DNA of 64,000 bases from Mayamaea pseudoterrestris (lineage: Eukaryota): contig BROI01000001.1 in assembly GCA_027923505.1 (NCBI GenBank), positions 1 to 64,000 of the forward strand. The letters are read 5' to 3'. The notes under the pieces were generated by a model, which saw nothing but the letters and a program-made list of their open reading frames with translations, did not search any database and was not told where the DNA came from. Shown in pieces: positions 47,992 through 60,600 of the stretch. How positions within the stretch are numbered: position 1 is the first letter of the stretch; each line of letters starts with the position of its first letter. Made by a program: the position numbers and the translations under genes.

Positions 47992-50900
47992 CTAGAGCTC
48001 ATCGGGCTCAAACACAAGAATGTTGGAAGTGGCTCCCTTGGGACAGCCAGGAATTGGCGGGAACTTGTGAGGACATCCGCAAGAAAGGTAAGCATTTGCA
48101 AAGGCAGCCCACTCTCCAACACTTTGGTCATCCTCGGTAGCCCAAACCGTCTGCGCACCTGAACCATCCACAAACTGAACCCGGGCCTGCGCTGCAAGCT
48201 TGTACAACTCATTCATAGTTTCAGCACCCGCTGTGCAGTCTGGTGATAGAGGTGTCTCCAAGGTGTAGCTTGTGATACAATTGCTGGTGCTCATAATAGC
48301 ATTGGCGGGGAAGCTGTTGAGCTGTGGAGTTCCTTCAACGCCCATTGGAATTGTGTCACCAAAGTAGGCATGGACCTCCGTCAAGCAATAGCCAAATCCA
48401 GTTGTATCATACGTGATCTTGACCGTATCTCCCACTCCGCGATTGACAAGATCCAAGCAAACAGACCCGACGGCATCATTTTGGTTAGTCATTGCCTGGA
48501 AGCAAGTTTCCATGGAGCCATCCTTGAATGTAGCATAACACCCGTCAGAAACCGGTGAAGGGGGATAACTGGGTCGCATTGTTGGGAAAAGTGTTGGACT
48601 TCTCGTGGGCTGGGCAGTTGGCTTGCCTGTAGGTTTGCCTGTGGGTTTGCCGGTGGGTTTGCCGGTGGGTTTGCCGGTGGGTTTGCCAGTGGGTTTGCCA
48701 GTGGGTTTGCCAGTGGGTTTGCCGGTTGGCTTGCCAGTGGGTTTGCCAGTTGGCTTGCTTGTGGGCTTTCCAGTTGGCTTTTTGGTGGGCTTTCCAGTTG
48801 GCTTGCTGGTGGGCTTTCCAGTTGGCTTTTTGGTGGGCTTGCCTGTCGGCTTTTTGGTGGGCTTGCCTGTGGGCCGTCCAGTGGGCTTGCCTGTGGGCTT
48901 TTTGGTTGGCGAACGTGTTGGAGATTTGGTGGGCTTGTTCGTCGGCTTTCCTGTGGGAGCTTTGGTCGGAGGCTAAACACCGAATGGTGAACAATATGTG
49001 TTAGTCGAGGTAAATCAAACCAGGAAAAGAGTGGAATAAGATGCAATGGAACTTCGCATACCTTAGTTGGAACAATGCACTTGCAGTTGACTGAGGCCGC
49101 CGAGTACGTAGCCCAGCTGCCCCCATTAGTCACATCAACTCCAACACTCCAAGCAGTCTGACCTCCACCTCCATCGGCAAACTGAACATGAGCATGCGCC
49201 GCTAGCTTGTAAGGTTGGTTCATAAACTCTGCATCTTTTCGGCAATCAGGTTCTAGAGGCATTTGCAAACTGTAAGTCTTTACACAAGTCGATGTGCTGA
49301 CATCAGCACTGGACGGAAAATTTCCGATTTGGGGGTTGCCAGCGTTATTGGTTGGGATTGTGTTACCAAAGTACATGTGCACCTGATCCAAGCAGTAGGC
49401 TGTGCCTGTTGTGTTGTACGTGACCTTGACCAAGTCGGTGTTGCCACCATTGACAAGCTCGGCGCAAACCTCACCAGCAGGTAAAGTTTGTCCAGCCTTG
49501 GCAGGGTAACACATTTTCATCTGACCATTAGAGAAAGCGGCGTAACAGCCATCCGCGCCAACAGGAGTTGGTGGTTTAGTTGGTGCAGCTGTGGGGTTTC
49601 TTGTCGGAGACTTCGTTGGAGCTTTACTCGGTGGGCGCGTCGGTGAACGAGTTGGCTGTCTCGTTGGTGAACGAGTCGGTGAACGAGTCGGCTTCTTCGT
49701 GGGTGCTTTGGTGGGGCTCTTCGTTGGCGCCTTGGTTGGGCTCTTCGTGGGTGCCTTGGTTGGGCTCTTCGTTGGTGCCTTGGTTGGGCTCTTCGTGGGT
49801 GCCTTGGTTGGGCTCTTCGTGGGTGCCTTGGTTGGGCTTTTCGTGGGTGCCTTGGTTGGGCTCTTCGTGGGTGCCTTAGTTGGACTCTTCGTGGGTGCCT
49901 TGGTTGGGCTCTTCGTGGGCGCCTTGGTTGGGCTCTTTGTGGGTGCCTTGGTTGGGCTCTTCGTTGGTGCCTTGGTTGGGCTCTTTGTGGGTGCCTTGGT
50001 TGGACTCTTCGTGGGTGCTTTGGTCGGCGGTTTGACAGGCGCACTCGTCGGGGGTTTGACTGGAGCTTTTGTGGGTGGCTTAACGGGAGCACTTGTTGGT
50101 GGTTTGACTGGAGCTTTTGTGGGTGGCTTAACGGGGGCACTTGTTGGTAACTTGATTGGTGCCTATACATCAGTCGAGAATGTTGTTTGTTAGCCAAAAG
50201 CAGCAGCGTCTATGCCTGAACATGAATGGCTGACATTGCACTCATACATACCTTTGTTGGAGCTACGCATTTGCAGCTCACAGAAGCAGGAGAATATGCC
50301 GCCCAGCTTCCGCCATCATTCATGTCAGCACCCATACTCCAGGCCGTCTGGCCACCACCACCATTAGCAAACTGGACATGTGAATGAGCAGCAAGCTTGA
50401 AGGGCTTATTTGAAAACTCATTACCCAATATGCATTCGGGGTACAATGGCGTTTGAACAGAATAAATTTTAAGACAAGTTGACGTGGGAAGGTCGGTGGC
50501 CTTGGCTGGGAAATTTCCAATTTGTGGATTTCCCGTGCCAGTTGAAGGAATATCGTCCCCAAAGTATGCTTGAACCTCTGTCAAGCAATAGTCAGAACCA
50601 GTTGTGTTGTAGGTAATTTTAACTGAATCCCCATTTCCACCATTGACAAGCTCAGCGCACACTGTCCCAGCATTGAGATACTGTCCTGCCTTGGCTTCAT
50701 AGCAAGTCTTCATCAATCCATTGGAGAAAGCAGCATAGCATCCATCCGCACCAACTTGAACTGGTGGTTTAGTTGGTGCAAGTGTAGGAGTCTTCGTAGG
50801 TGCAGCAGTTGGTGGTTTAACGGGAGCATTCGTCGGTGGTTTGACGGGAGCCTTGGTTGGTGGTTTAATGGGAGCGTTAGTCGGTTGTTTAACGGGTGCC

Positions 50901-52319
50901 TTAGTTGGTGGTTTGACTGGAGCATTGGTAGGCGGTTTGACTGGGGCATTGGTCGGAGGCTTGACGGGCGCCTTAGTTGGAGGTCTGACTGGTGCATTGG
51001 TAGGCGGTTTGACTGGAGCGCTGGTAGGTGGTTTGACGGGCGCTTTAGTTGGTGGTTTGACTGGAGCATTGGTAGGCGGTTTGACTGGTGCGCTGGTAGG
51101 TGGTTTGACGGGCGCTTTCGTCGGTGGTTTAACGGGTGCTTTCGTCGGCACTTTGGTCGGAGCCTAGTTAAAGGTTCGACGAAAGCATTAGTCGGTGTGT
51201 TGCAGTACGCACTTGCCTCGGAATGAAATGGCTTGTTCCGCACTTACCTTTGTGGGCTTCTTGGTTGGTGCACGTGTCGGTGCCTTAGTAGGCGCCTAAA
51301 GAGAACAATTTGCATTGGGAGGAAGTGGATGGAAAGTGGATGCGTTAGAGAACGACAGGAGCCATTAAGCATCACGCGACACACAACGGAACAACGAGCG
51401 ACTTACGTATTTCTTGCACGTGAACGAGACCGCTGTACCTGTTGCCCAGCTGCCACCTGCAGAAATGTCAAATCCAGGCGACCAAGCTGTCTGACCTCCG
51501 CCACCATTCGCAAACTGAACGTGCGAATGGGCTGCCAATTCAGTGTTCCAGACAGTGTAAGGGGAAGTCGAAGAGCATGGCTTGCTTAACGTTGTCTGGA
51601 CAGTGTACGTTGTTTCACAACTACTTGTATCTATGGCAGCCTTGGCCGGGAAGTTTCCAATTTGGGGGTTGTTCTGGTTGTTGACAGGCATGTCGTCGCC
51701 AACGTAAGCTTGGACCTCCGTCAAGCAGTAGCCGGTGTCAAGCGTATCATATGTGATCCTGACCCAATCAATAGAGGCACCGCTAATGAGCTCGACACAG
51801 ACAGTACCAGCATCGTACCTGAGGAAATCAGCGAGCAAAAACGGCAGCAGAAAGGAACGTTTGAGACACTGACAACGCAGCACAATTTAAAGCTTCCGTC
51901 ACGCGCGGCTGCTACAATCAATACTTCGACAAGCGACGTACCATTGACCGGCAATCATTGGAAAGCACTTGGTTCTGCTTCCATCCGAAAAGCGCACCTG
52001 GTAACCATCTGTCGCAGGTGCGACTGGTGAAAATGTCGGAGCTGAACGACAACGAAAGCAGAAAAAAGCAAGTGAGTTTCGAAAGTCACGGTACCAATAA
52101 TCATGTGCACACCTCGTTGTTCGAATCACAGTCGAAGCAAGTCGTCGCTTCAATTCCGAGCAAACTTCGTGGCCGACCACTCGAATCATCCTTGATTGGT
52201 CCTTTCGCATGCAACAAGGCCAAACTTGACGTACCTGCCACAGTCGCAGCATCGGCGAGGAGAGGAGCATGAGCGGCAAGCCCAATCAGAGCCACGAGGG
52301 CTCCTTTGAGAATAAACAT
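47992..52319 (-). CDS. Multi-exon secreted protein: four Cys-containing ~150-aa modules separated by Pro/Thr/Lys repeat linkers
   Basis: Signal peptide MFILKGALVALIGLAAHA. Module consensus GxVCxELV...YCLTEVxAYFG...NPQIGNFP...LAAHxHVQFAxGGGGQTAW. Linkers (PTKAPVKP)n, (PTKSPTKA)n and (PTGK)n. GT-AG introns seen; first exon junctions not resolved. Confidence 0.85.
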
Positions 52320-53491
52320 GGTGAATTCGTAGAGACGCAATCAACCTTCAAAAAGTTCAGAAAGTGAAGGTGCGATTGGTCGCTCGATGCAGCTTGGGGT
52401 CTTGCTGCGATCGATATCACGAATAGAGTCATTCGAAGCTAATCGTAGTTGACACGCAGACAGTGCCGTTTGGGCACCAGATACTTATGAAATTGCTTCA
52501 ACATGACAAGACAAGAGCTCGACTGTGGCTTGAAATGTGGGACAGTTATCCTAATTTCGACCTCACGATCTGATGCGACTCCGTGTGGTGCCAATTCTGT
52601 CGGAATTCATTGTCATTCGTCGCAAGGTCTTGCGGCAATTATAATTGTCTCGATCACTGATGTTTCGGGCACACTAAAGTCCATACTAATACGAATAGGT
52701 CATAGCTCGTTTTTCTCGTGATGACTCGTTCGTCATCGTATCATTTGACGAGGTTGGCGCGCCAAGCTTCGCAGCCGTCGTACCACAATTTGACCGTACG
52801 TACCGGTACAGTAGCTCATTTGGAAAGCAGATCATCCTTTTGTTCCGCGATTGAGTATCTAGCTAGCGTTGGAACAAAGCAAGCGAGGAGAAGATGCAGA
52901 CTCGATGGTAGCTTGAATTATTTTGGTGGACGCGACTCGCAATTACCATATATATCATCTGCAAGTCCGTTTCTTTTGTCACTTATCGCAAACTGCAAAG
53001 TGGCGCCGCGGGCTAAAACCTTTTAACAATAAGACGCTAGCAAGGATTAATGGACATTGCGATGTTGTTATCTACATCATTTCTAGCTGGCCTTATGTTG
53101 CAAGGCTAAACTCATTCGCGACGACGACTAGTCCTTGACCATGGCTATTATTTTAAGAGTCTCGTTACTTGCGGCACGGGCCAAAACACTCCACTTTCGA
53201 ATTTACTGAGCAAGACGACGCCAAAGTACAACCTCAAGGAAGCATGAATCGTCATCAGGAGTTGATGAGTTTGACAACCTGCCGCAAGATTAGTCGGCAC
53301 GTGTCCATGTTTACGCGCATCGCCGAACCGCAAGGTAGGCATTCATTTCTCAAGAGCTGCATCCGGTTGATCATTACAGTAGCGAAATGAGTGCCAGATA
53401 GTGTGAATGTGTAAGAATTGTTTCGAAAGAGGGGCTCGACGAAACGTTCGTTGTAGCATGCTGTAAAAGGAGTAGTAGCGTCCATGCGCTT

Positions 53492-54046
53492 CTAAACACA
53501 CTTGTCCATGTCTTGGTCTCTCTCCTGACTAACATCGGTAGTAATAGGCAAGTGGTCGGCACAGATCGACTGCAGAAGCATGTCTTCCACAAGAGTCAAG
53601 ACTGTTGGAATGTCATCGTCAAAGCTTTCATCATTGGACGACAGAATTCCACTGGAAGTGTCGCTCGAGCTTGAGTGGAGATTCGAGTTGTAATCCTCGC
53701 CAGTGATACGGTCAGTGGCTATAAGGACTGCCTGCAGCCACTCTGCTTGTTTGGTTGGACTTGTGTCTTGACTTGATCGATTGCTCGCGCGTGGGGTCAT
53801 GGCAGTAGTAGCAACTTGGTTTGGTACGGGAGACTTGTCTCGCAAGAGTGTTCTCCACAGCAAACGGAATCTTTTTGGACACGACAGGACTTTGGATACT
53901 ATAGATGGGCGTCTTTTGCTACTGCTCTGATTGGCTTTCCCATTGTTGATGGACCCTGCCAAGGGCAAGGTCGACGCTGAATCTGTTGTTCCAGTTCGAG
54001 AACTCTGTTTTGAGAGTGATGGCGTGCCTTTGCTAAAGAAGCCCAT
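53492..54046 (-). CDS. Hypothetical Ser-rich protein (MGFFSK..., possible N-myristoylation)
   Basis: 184-aa ORF from the ATG at 54046. No recognisable domain. Confidence 0.55.
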   Translation of the reverse strand: MGFFSKGTPSLSKQSSRTGTTDSASTLPLAGSINNGKANQSSSKRRPSIVSKVLSCPKRFRLLWRTLLRDKSPVPNQVATTAMTPRASNRSSQDTSPTKQAEWLQAVLIATDRITGEDYNSNLHSSSSDTSSGILSSNDESFDDDIPTVLTLVEDMLLQSICADHLPITTDVSQERDQDMDKCV

Positions 54047-55171
54047 TGTCGATTCGACTACCTTAGCAATTAGCACATACATGTGAACAGCAAAGACGAT
54101 CAGCAAGCTGCATTGTTGCCATGCAAAGCACGAGTCGACGAGCAAGAAACCGGCGAGATGCGGCTTCGAAAATCGCCAAACGAGAGGACGAGGAACCTGG
54201 CATATGACCGTCAGGGCAATAGTAGAATTATCAAAGCTTCGCCAACTCTTGGCGAGCGTTGTATCATTGGCTTGATACACGTCCGGCGTTGAGCTAAACA
54301 ATGCTATGCTATGCTATGTTGGGACACATCAAAGTAGTACACTGCCTATATTCGAACAACAAAACGACATGGGGTTGTTACAATACCTTACGCATGACTT
54401 GCTTCAAGTCGCCAGAAGAGCAGATGCAGCTTTTGTTGCCGGAATGGGGCGAATGTATAATAGAGAGCAGCCTAACTTCATTGTAGCGCTGCAAAATCGA
54501 CATGTTCTGTAGCAGTGATGATAAGCAACGCTAGTGTAGACGAGAGGGAATAGCTCATTTTTTTATCATGCAGTACTAATGCAACCGCTGCAGGGTCTCG
54601 CATCGAATGGTGTCACGTCCATCGCCCAAGTTTAGCCGCTGAGGCCTGCCGGGCTGCACAAATGCAAAATCATTATCTCCCAGGATTTTCTCAAGCAAAT
54701 TGAAGCCCCATTTTACCAAAGCGTGCATAATGAGCGGCGGATGCGATTTAGAAGGATCTGATAGTCAAGTCAGTCATGAGCATGTACTTTGCTTTGGCAA
54801 CAGGAGGTGCCCGAATTGTCGATGCTCGCGCAATGCTGCCCGTGCTTATCGGGAACGGATCTTGCCATTGAGCAATATAATATCAATGACGTATATGAAA
54901 GTAGCTTAAATGTAATTTCACAGCGAGTTGGATTGTCGGTCGTGTCGGCCTCGGAGCATTGCACGCGGGACATTGACAGCCGCGACAACTAATCGGTTTT
55001 AACCTTCCATCGTAAAAAGCTTCTGCGGTGATCAGCCTCATTGGCATTGCCCTTTTCCTCTTGCTTTTGTTCCGATTCATCTGGTCTGGTCCATGCGGAA
55101 AATATGCCGTAGCCGTAGCTGTGTGCTGGTCGTTTTGGTCGTTCGCCATGATGATCCGTGTAGAGCCTCTA

Positions 55172-56422
55172 CAATTTGCGAGACATTTGATCATGAATGG
55201 TGTTGAAGCCGCTTTCAACAGACGCGAAATCACAATTTGCGGTTTCATGGCACGGCACGCGCGCAGCATGTTTACTATGACACAAACTGTACAATTCGCC
55301 GCCGCGCCGTACGTACTCGTTCCGAGTTCCGACAAGGCGACAACATGAACGACCATCACCATACCCATCAAACTACTGGACGACTGCGCCAACCCATGCA
55401 ATGTCTATGACCTATGGTGAATGGACGCGTCTAGAAGAAGATGATTGTGTGAAATGAGCTTCAAAGCTTGCGGAATGAGCCAATCATTTGAGGTCCTAAT
55501 TCGACACGACACACGACCGCACGACCGTACAGCATGGAGACTAGAAACCTTGTCATGACAATGACGGCAAACAATGACGACCTTACAACTTCGCAGCAGC
55601 AACTATTGGTGGCGAAACAGTTTCCTTCTGATGTAACGAGACGACGTTGGCATCGAGATGGGTATCGTCAAGCGTTTCAAGCGACTGGTTTCTGTCATGC
55701 CGAAGTCCTCAAGCATGAGGATTGAGGACCTCATCTTGGTTGCAAATTACGTCCTACTGTTTCCAAAAGCCACAGCGCTGGAGAAGAATGCTTTTCTTTG
55801 GACGCATCATGATCAGCATCTACAAAATCCTCGTTCTATGATGAGACCCAAATTACACGAGCAGAGCAAGGCCTTGGTGTTTCGCGCAAGCGATGTTCAA
55901 CTACTGCCAACAGAGCCTACTTGCCAGACAATCGCTGGTGTTTCTTCAATTTGGGGCCTCCATTTGGAATTCATGGAGTTCCAATTGAAGACATGATTGA
56001 TATTGATGAAGCCAAGATCATTACGTCGCATGCGAATCGTAAGTTTGCGAAAGGAAGTTTGGAGCAACGTTGCCGAGAGTCGGGCACCTTTAATCACGAG
56101 GAAAGTTACGTTTTTGTCATGGCTGCTTCAATAGCTTGGCAACTTGGGATACAGACATTGGAGTGGTAGCTTTGTGGTGATGGAAGGAAGCGAGGAAGGA
56201 AGCAAGGAACGATGCGCGGCTTAGTGTCAAGTACTGTTTGTTTGATAGTAAATACGTTGCGCGCGTGCCGTGCCATGAAATTTATGCGCGGCTTGTGTCA
56301 AGCACTGTTTGTTTTATAGTAAATAGGATGCGCGCGTACCGTGCCATGAAACTGCAAATTGTGATTTCGCGTCTGTTGAAAGCGGCTTCAACACCATTCA
56401 TGATCAAATGTCTCGCAAATTG
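55172..56422 (+). mobile_element. Defective Tc1/mariner/IS630-like DNA transposon with ~115-bp TIRs and TA target duplication
   Basis: TA|CAATTTGCGAGACATTTGATCATGAATGGTG...CACCATTCATGATCAAATGTCTCGCAAATTG|TA. Internal frameshifted transposase-like pieces at 55534-56169 (FPSDVTRRRW, EDLILVANYVLLFPKAT, PPFGIHGVPIEDMIDIDEA). Confidence 0.85.
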
Positions 56423-56773
56423 TAGCTCCTTTCATCGTCTTTCCACCACCAAAATAAGCCTTGGTTCGACGGCTTTCGTATTTGCACCATGATTGTTGCC
56501 ACCAATCTAGGCGGAAGAAAAAGATTTGCACCACGAGTCAATCCCAAGTTCCAAGAAGGGATTGATGGGAAGCGTTTCGACGTTTCGAGCGGCGCGGCGA
56601 GCATCCGACGCTTGGCCAGACCCGCTCCGACAGCTTCCGAATAGTTAACCCGGAAGATCTGACTGAAGCCCAAGACGGCTAAACTTTTCGCACATCCCGA
56701 ACCCTTTCTCGTTTCACGTCGGTTGCCATCGAGGCCGATCGCACAGAACCAGCGACGTGTCGTACATTTCACC

Positions 56774-57922
56774 ATGAACCCCGAATAGTAAGTCGGCTGC
56801 CGTAACGAAAGTGTTTGACTGTTATACATGACCATGAGACGATAGAGTGTAATATCAAGGAATTAATGAAACTAGAGCGAGCGAAAACGGAGCTCTGAGT
56901 GTTCCGCTATCGTTCCGAGTCACGAGCGACTGAAGAGTTGAGTGCAGGCGGCGGTTGGAGTCGTTTGATGGCAAATGCAGTTATCACGCAGATTGAAACG
57001 CTGCGATTGATGGGAAAATGGAGTCATGATGACCAGTAACAATGGAGCTGCGAATATCATGTTAAATTAGCGTCTGTTCGCTTGCGCCGGAAAACCGTAA
57101 TTTATTCGTCGACCTCGTTCGCTTTGTGGCTAACGCCTCTTTTACCCTCTTGTTGACAGCGATTACCTCTTTAAACTCCTCCTTATTGGAGACTCGGGCG
57201 TCGGAAAGTCTTGTTTACTGCTCCGATTCGCCGACGATACCTATACGGAGTCGTACATTTCCACCATTGGAGTTGATTTTGTAAGTCATGGGCTGCAAAT
57301 TTAATTGCATTGTCAATTGAAGCGATGGAATCACGCCTCATTCTTGCTTGTCTTGTTATCGCAGAAAATCCGCACGATTGAGCTGGACCAAAAGACGATC
57401 AAGCTTCAAATCTGGGACACGGCTGGGCAGGAGCGCTTCCGTACCATTACATCGAGCTACTATCGCGGCGCTCATGGTACGTTTGCTTTAACTTGCAAAA
57501 GAATCAATAAAATTAATTCGGTAATGCATGTCTCATTCTTATCTTCTTTCGCTACAGGAATCATCGTCGTCTATGACGTGACGGACGCGGAGTCGTTTAA
57601 CAATGTCAAGCAGTGGTTGCATGAGATTGACCGCTATGCGGCGGAGAATGTCAACAAGCTCTTGGTTGGCAACAAGAGCGATCTCACGGCCAAGCGCGTT
57701 GTTTCTACGGAGCAGGGCAAGGAGTTTGCCGATTCTCTTGGTATCGAGTTTCTCGAAACATCGGCCAAGACGTCGTCGAATGTTGAGCAAGCCTTTTTGA
57801 CCATGGCGAGTCAAATCAAGGCCCGAATGAAGACGCAGCCGACGGCTACCGGAGCGCAGACTGGAAAGGGAGGAGTCTCGCTTCGTTCGCAGGCGGTCAA
57901 GCAAAACCAGGGCTGCTGCTAG
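56774..57922 (+). CDS. RAB1: Rab1/Ypt1 small GTPase; exons 56774-56787, 57160-57280, 57365-57476, 57558-57922
   Basis: Spliced product [22 protein letters not shown]...[22 protein letters not shown]...GNKSD...ETSAK...GCC. Three GT-AG introns. Confidence 0.96.
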
Positions 57923-59337
57923 AGTGTGTCTGCGAGGCGGTGAGTCGCACATGGCAGTCGTCGGTAGCATGGAATGGTTTGGTGAGGGCGTTGCTTTCAG
58001 GTTTGTGCAGTTGGAGAAGGAGTACTAGAGCAATGGCGCTGAGATTGTAAAATCGTACGTTAGCTTTTATATTTTCGAGACTTGACTACACCTATATAGC
58101 TACTGGTAGTTTCGACGTCGCCATTTTAAACGAGAAAGAGGATCCGACAAGTATTAACAAAGCACATGTTAATCACGCTAGACGAGCATGACAAGACCAA
58201 AACAACAGCACACCCATCTATTTATCGGATCACAATGCTTACCGGTACAAAGTAGAATGGCCGGCAGAGGCGGGAAATTCGAGCGGCGACGATGATGGCC
58301 GATGAGTCGAGCGCCACGGTCATCATCGCTTCAGCTCGTGACGTCGGATGAGTACACTTCAAACCACAGTAATTTCAAGGTAATAGAACACTTTCGAATG
58401 ACGATTGCAGTTTACTTAACGCTTGATGTCGCGTTGACGTTCCTCGGACAGTTTTCCAGAACGCATCGATCAATGGTGAAGGCGCTGCAGCGCGGCTTCA
58501 AACATCCTTCGCCTTGCCCTCTTGTATCTTGCTCTTCTTGCAAGTGAAACATTGCCTCTCGCTCAGCTTAGACGCAAGCACTCAGTCTTCCATAATCTCA
58601 CTCACTATCTTGTAACGCTTTGGATAGGGAATTCATTGCAAGGTACGTGAAGCATGGTTTTAATTGTTGCGATGGAGCCATCACAGGTTGAAGTATCGTC
58701 TCGTGGGATTCTACGACGAATCAGTACCAGAGGCGACTTGTCCACACTCTAGACATTGAGTCGTTTCGTCTGAGAGTTGAGCGTTGAGCACAGAGTTGCC
58801 TTGTTTGCTAGCCCAATGCATTTTTTCTGCGCCATGAATGTTTCAGCCATACAGCTGTATCTTGCTCGTGGCGTTGATGTTCATCGCCTTGCATTGCACT
58901 TGTAGTTCGTTTGATTGCTGGTTCTTTCGACAAGAACCGACCATTATCTTCCAGCCTCAAAACGATGTTAATGATACTTCGATGATCAATTGCATTGCAT
59001 CTCCAATCTGCATCAACTTTGGCGGTTCGAAATTGTTGACACCCTCGCAGCACCTCCTCTCGTTCGACCATCATGGTGAAACAGCACTTGCATCCAAGAG
59101 GGCGAGGCACGCGCCGAGGTGACTCATGCGGCACTGATCGGCTTCCATTCGTTAACTAAAAATTTCGAAATTGCGATTTTCGTTTGCGATGCGACATGTT
59201 CGGTGCTTTTCTCTAAAATGACCCGAACGCGTCAAAAATTCTCACAGCCTCTTGATCGTTCGATGCACAGACTTCAACACGATCAACTTCCGGACAGCAA
59301 GCCCATTCATTATAAATACGAGTACATTCTTATCACC

Positions 59338-60600
59338 ATGGACGGACTACAAATACCTGGCTACTTTGGCCGCGCGTCGGATCAACAGCAGTCATCGACA
59401 GATACTTGGGCGAACCTTGATTCACTCGATGTTGACTTGCTTGCCGAGTACCTTTTGGACGATAACAATGGAATGACCTCGGGTGAAATGTCTTTTGACT
59501 TTAACATTGACGCGTCGCAGAGAGGGTCATCCATGATTTCACCTGACAATTCCGAGGATGGTGGACATCCTCCACTCGCCGACAAGCGAAGTGCAGCAGT
59601 CATGGGGTCAGCGGCTGCTGCTTCTTTGCTCAAGGCCACGAGTGTCAACAACTATGGACTCATGTCAGCAGCCGTTCCAGTAGTCCCTCAGCTCATGCCG
59701 TCGAACGCCAGCTTCATGCAGCCTGCACAGGGCGGACTCGTCGCGTATCATCATGGAACAACGGCTGCAGACATTGCCGCTGACTTGGCGAACAAGCGCA
59801 GACGCCTCGACGCCATGCAGCAGCCTCCAATCATGGCAGATCCGCTGTTTAATAATAACATGGGCCAAGCTGATTTACTCGCAGGAGGCCGCGGCCGCAA
59901 AAAGTCGCAGGCGCAGATTGACCGTCGTCGCGAGCGCAACCGCATCCTTGCTCGTCGAACCCGCCTTCGCAAAAAGTTCTTTTTCGAGTCGCTTCAAAAG
60001 GAAGTTTTGGATTTGCAGCGTGAGAACGAAAACTTGAAGGATATTGTCAAGGAAGAGCTGACGGAAGATGAAGGCAAGGCTATTTTGGATGAGTGCGATG
60101 CCATGGAGCGACTTCCGCAAAACATTCTGGAGCAGTGCGCGCAGGAAATGAGCTTGGACGAGAAAGATTCTAATTTAGTCAAGTCCATCCAGCAGTCGCA
60201 GTATGCGTTTATCATCACTGACCCATCGCTGCAGGACAATCCGATTGTCTTTGCGAGTGACGACTTTCTCAAGCAGACTGGCTACAACCGCGAGCAAGTT
60301 TTGGGTCGAAACTGCCGCTTCCTGCAGGGCGCTGACACGAACACGGCTCATGTCCAAGAGATTCGAGACGCCCTTGCCAAGGGCGAGGATGTCAGCGTGA
60401 CAATTCTCAACTACACGGCTAATGGAACAGCCTTTTGGAACAAGCTCTTCATCGCGGCGCTCCGCGATGCCGACAATAACATTGTCAACTTTATCGGAGT
60501 TGTTGTTCCAGTGGCGACGCCAATGAAGCCAGGCGATGGCGATCATCATGATGACGACGATGATGGTCATGATGATGACGACGAGGATGATTATTGTTGA
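59338..60600 (+). CDS. AUREO2: Aureochrome (bZIP-LOV transcription factor), AUREO2 type
   Basis: bZIP RRERNRILARRTRLRKKFFFESLQ followed by a LOV domain with GRNCRFLQG. Subtype assigned from my recollection of the AUREO2 bZIP signature. Confidence 0.88.
   Translation: MDGLQIPGYFGRASDQQQSSTDTWANLDSLDVDLLAEYLLDDNNGMTSGEMSFDFNIDASQRGSSMISPDNSEDGGHPPLADKRSAAVMGSAAAASLLKATSVNNYGLMSAAVPVVPQLMPSNASFMQPAQGGLVAYHHGTTAADIAADLANKRRRLDAMQQPPIMADPLFNNNMGQADLLAGGRGRKKSQAQIDRRRERNRILARRTRLRKKFFFESLQKEVLDLQRENENLKDIVKEELTEDEGKAILDECDAMERLPQNILEQCAQEMSLDEKDSNLVKSIQQSQYAFIITDPSLQDNPIVFASDDFLKQTGYNREQVLGRNCRFLQGADTNTAHVQEIRDALAKGEDVSVTILNYTANGTAFWNKLFIAALRDADNNIVNFIGVVVPVATPMKPGDGDHHDDDDDGHDDDDEDDYC

Noticed and set aside
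48545..51243. Plus-strand (VGAL/VGLP)n ORFs and alternative-frame Q/R/H-rich ORFs
   Set aside because: Antisense or shifted readings of the Pro-Thr-Lys repeats.
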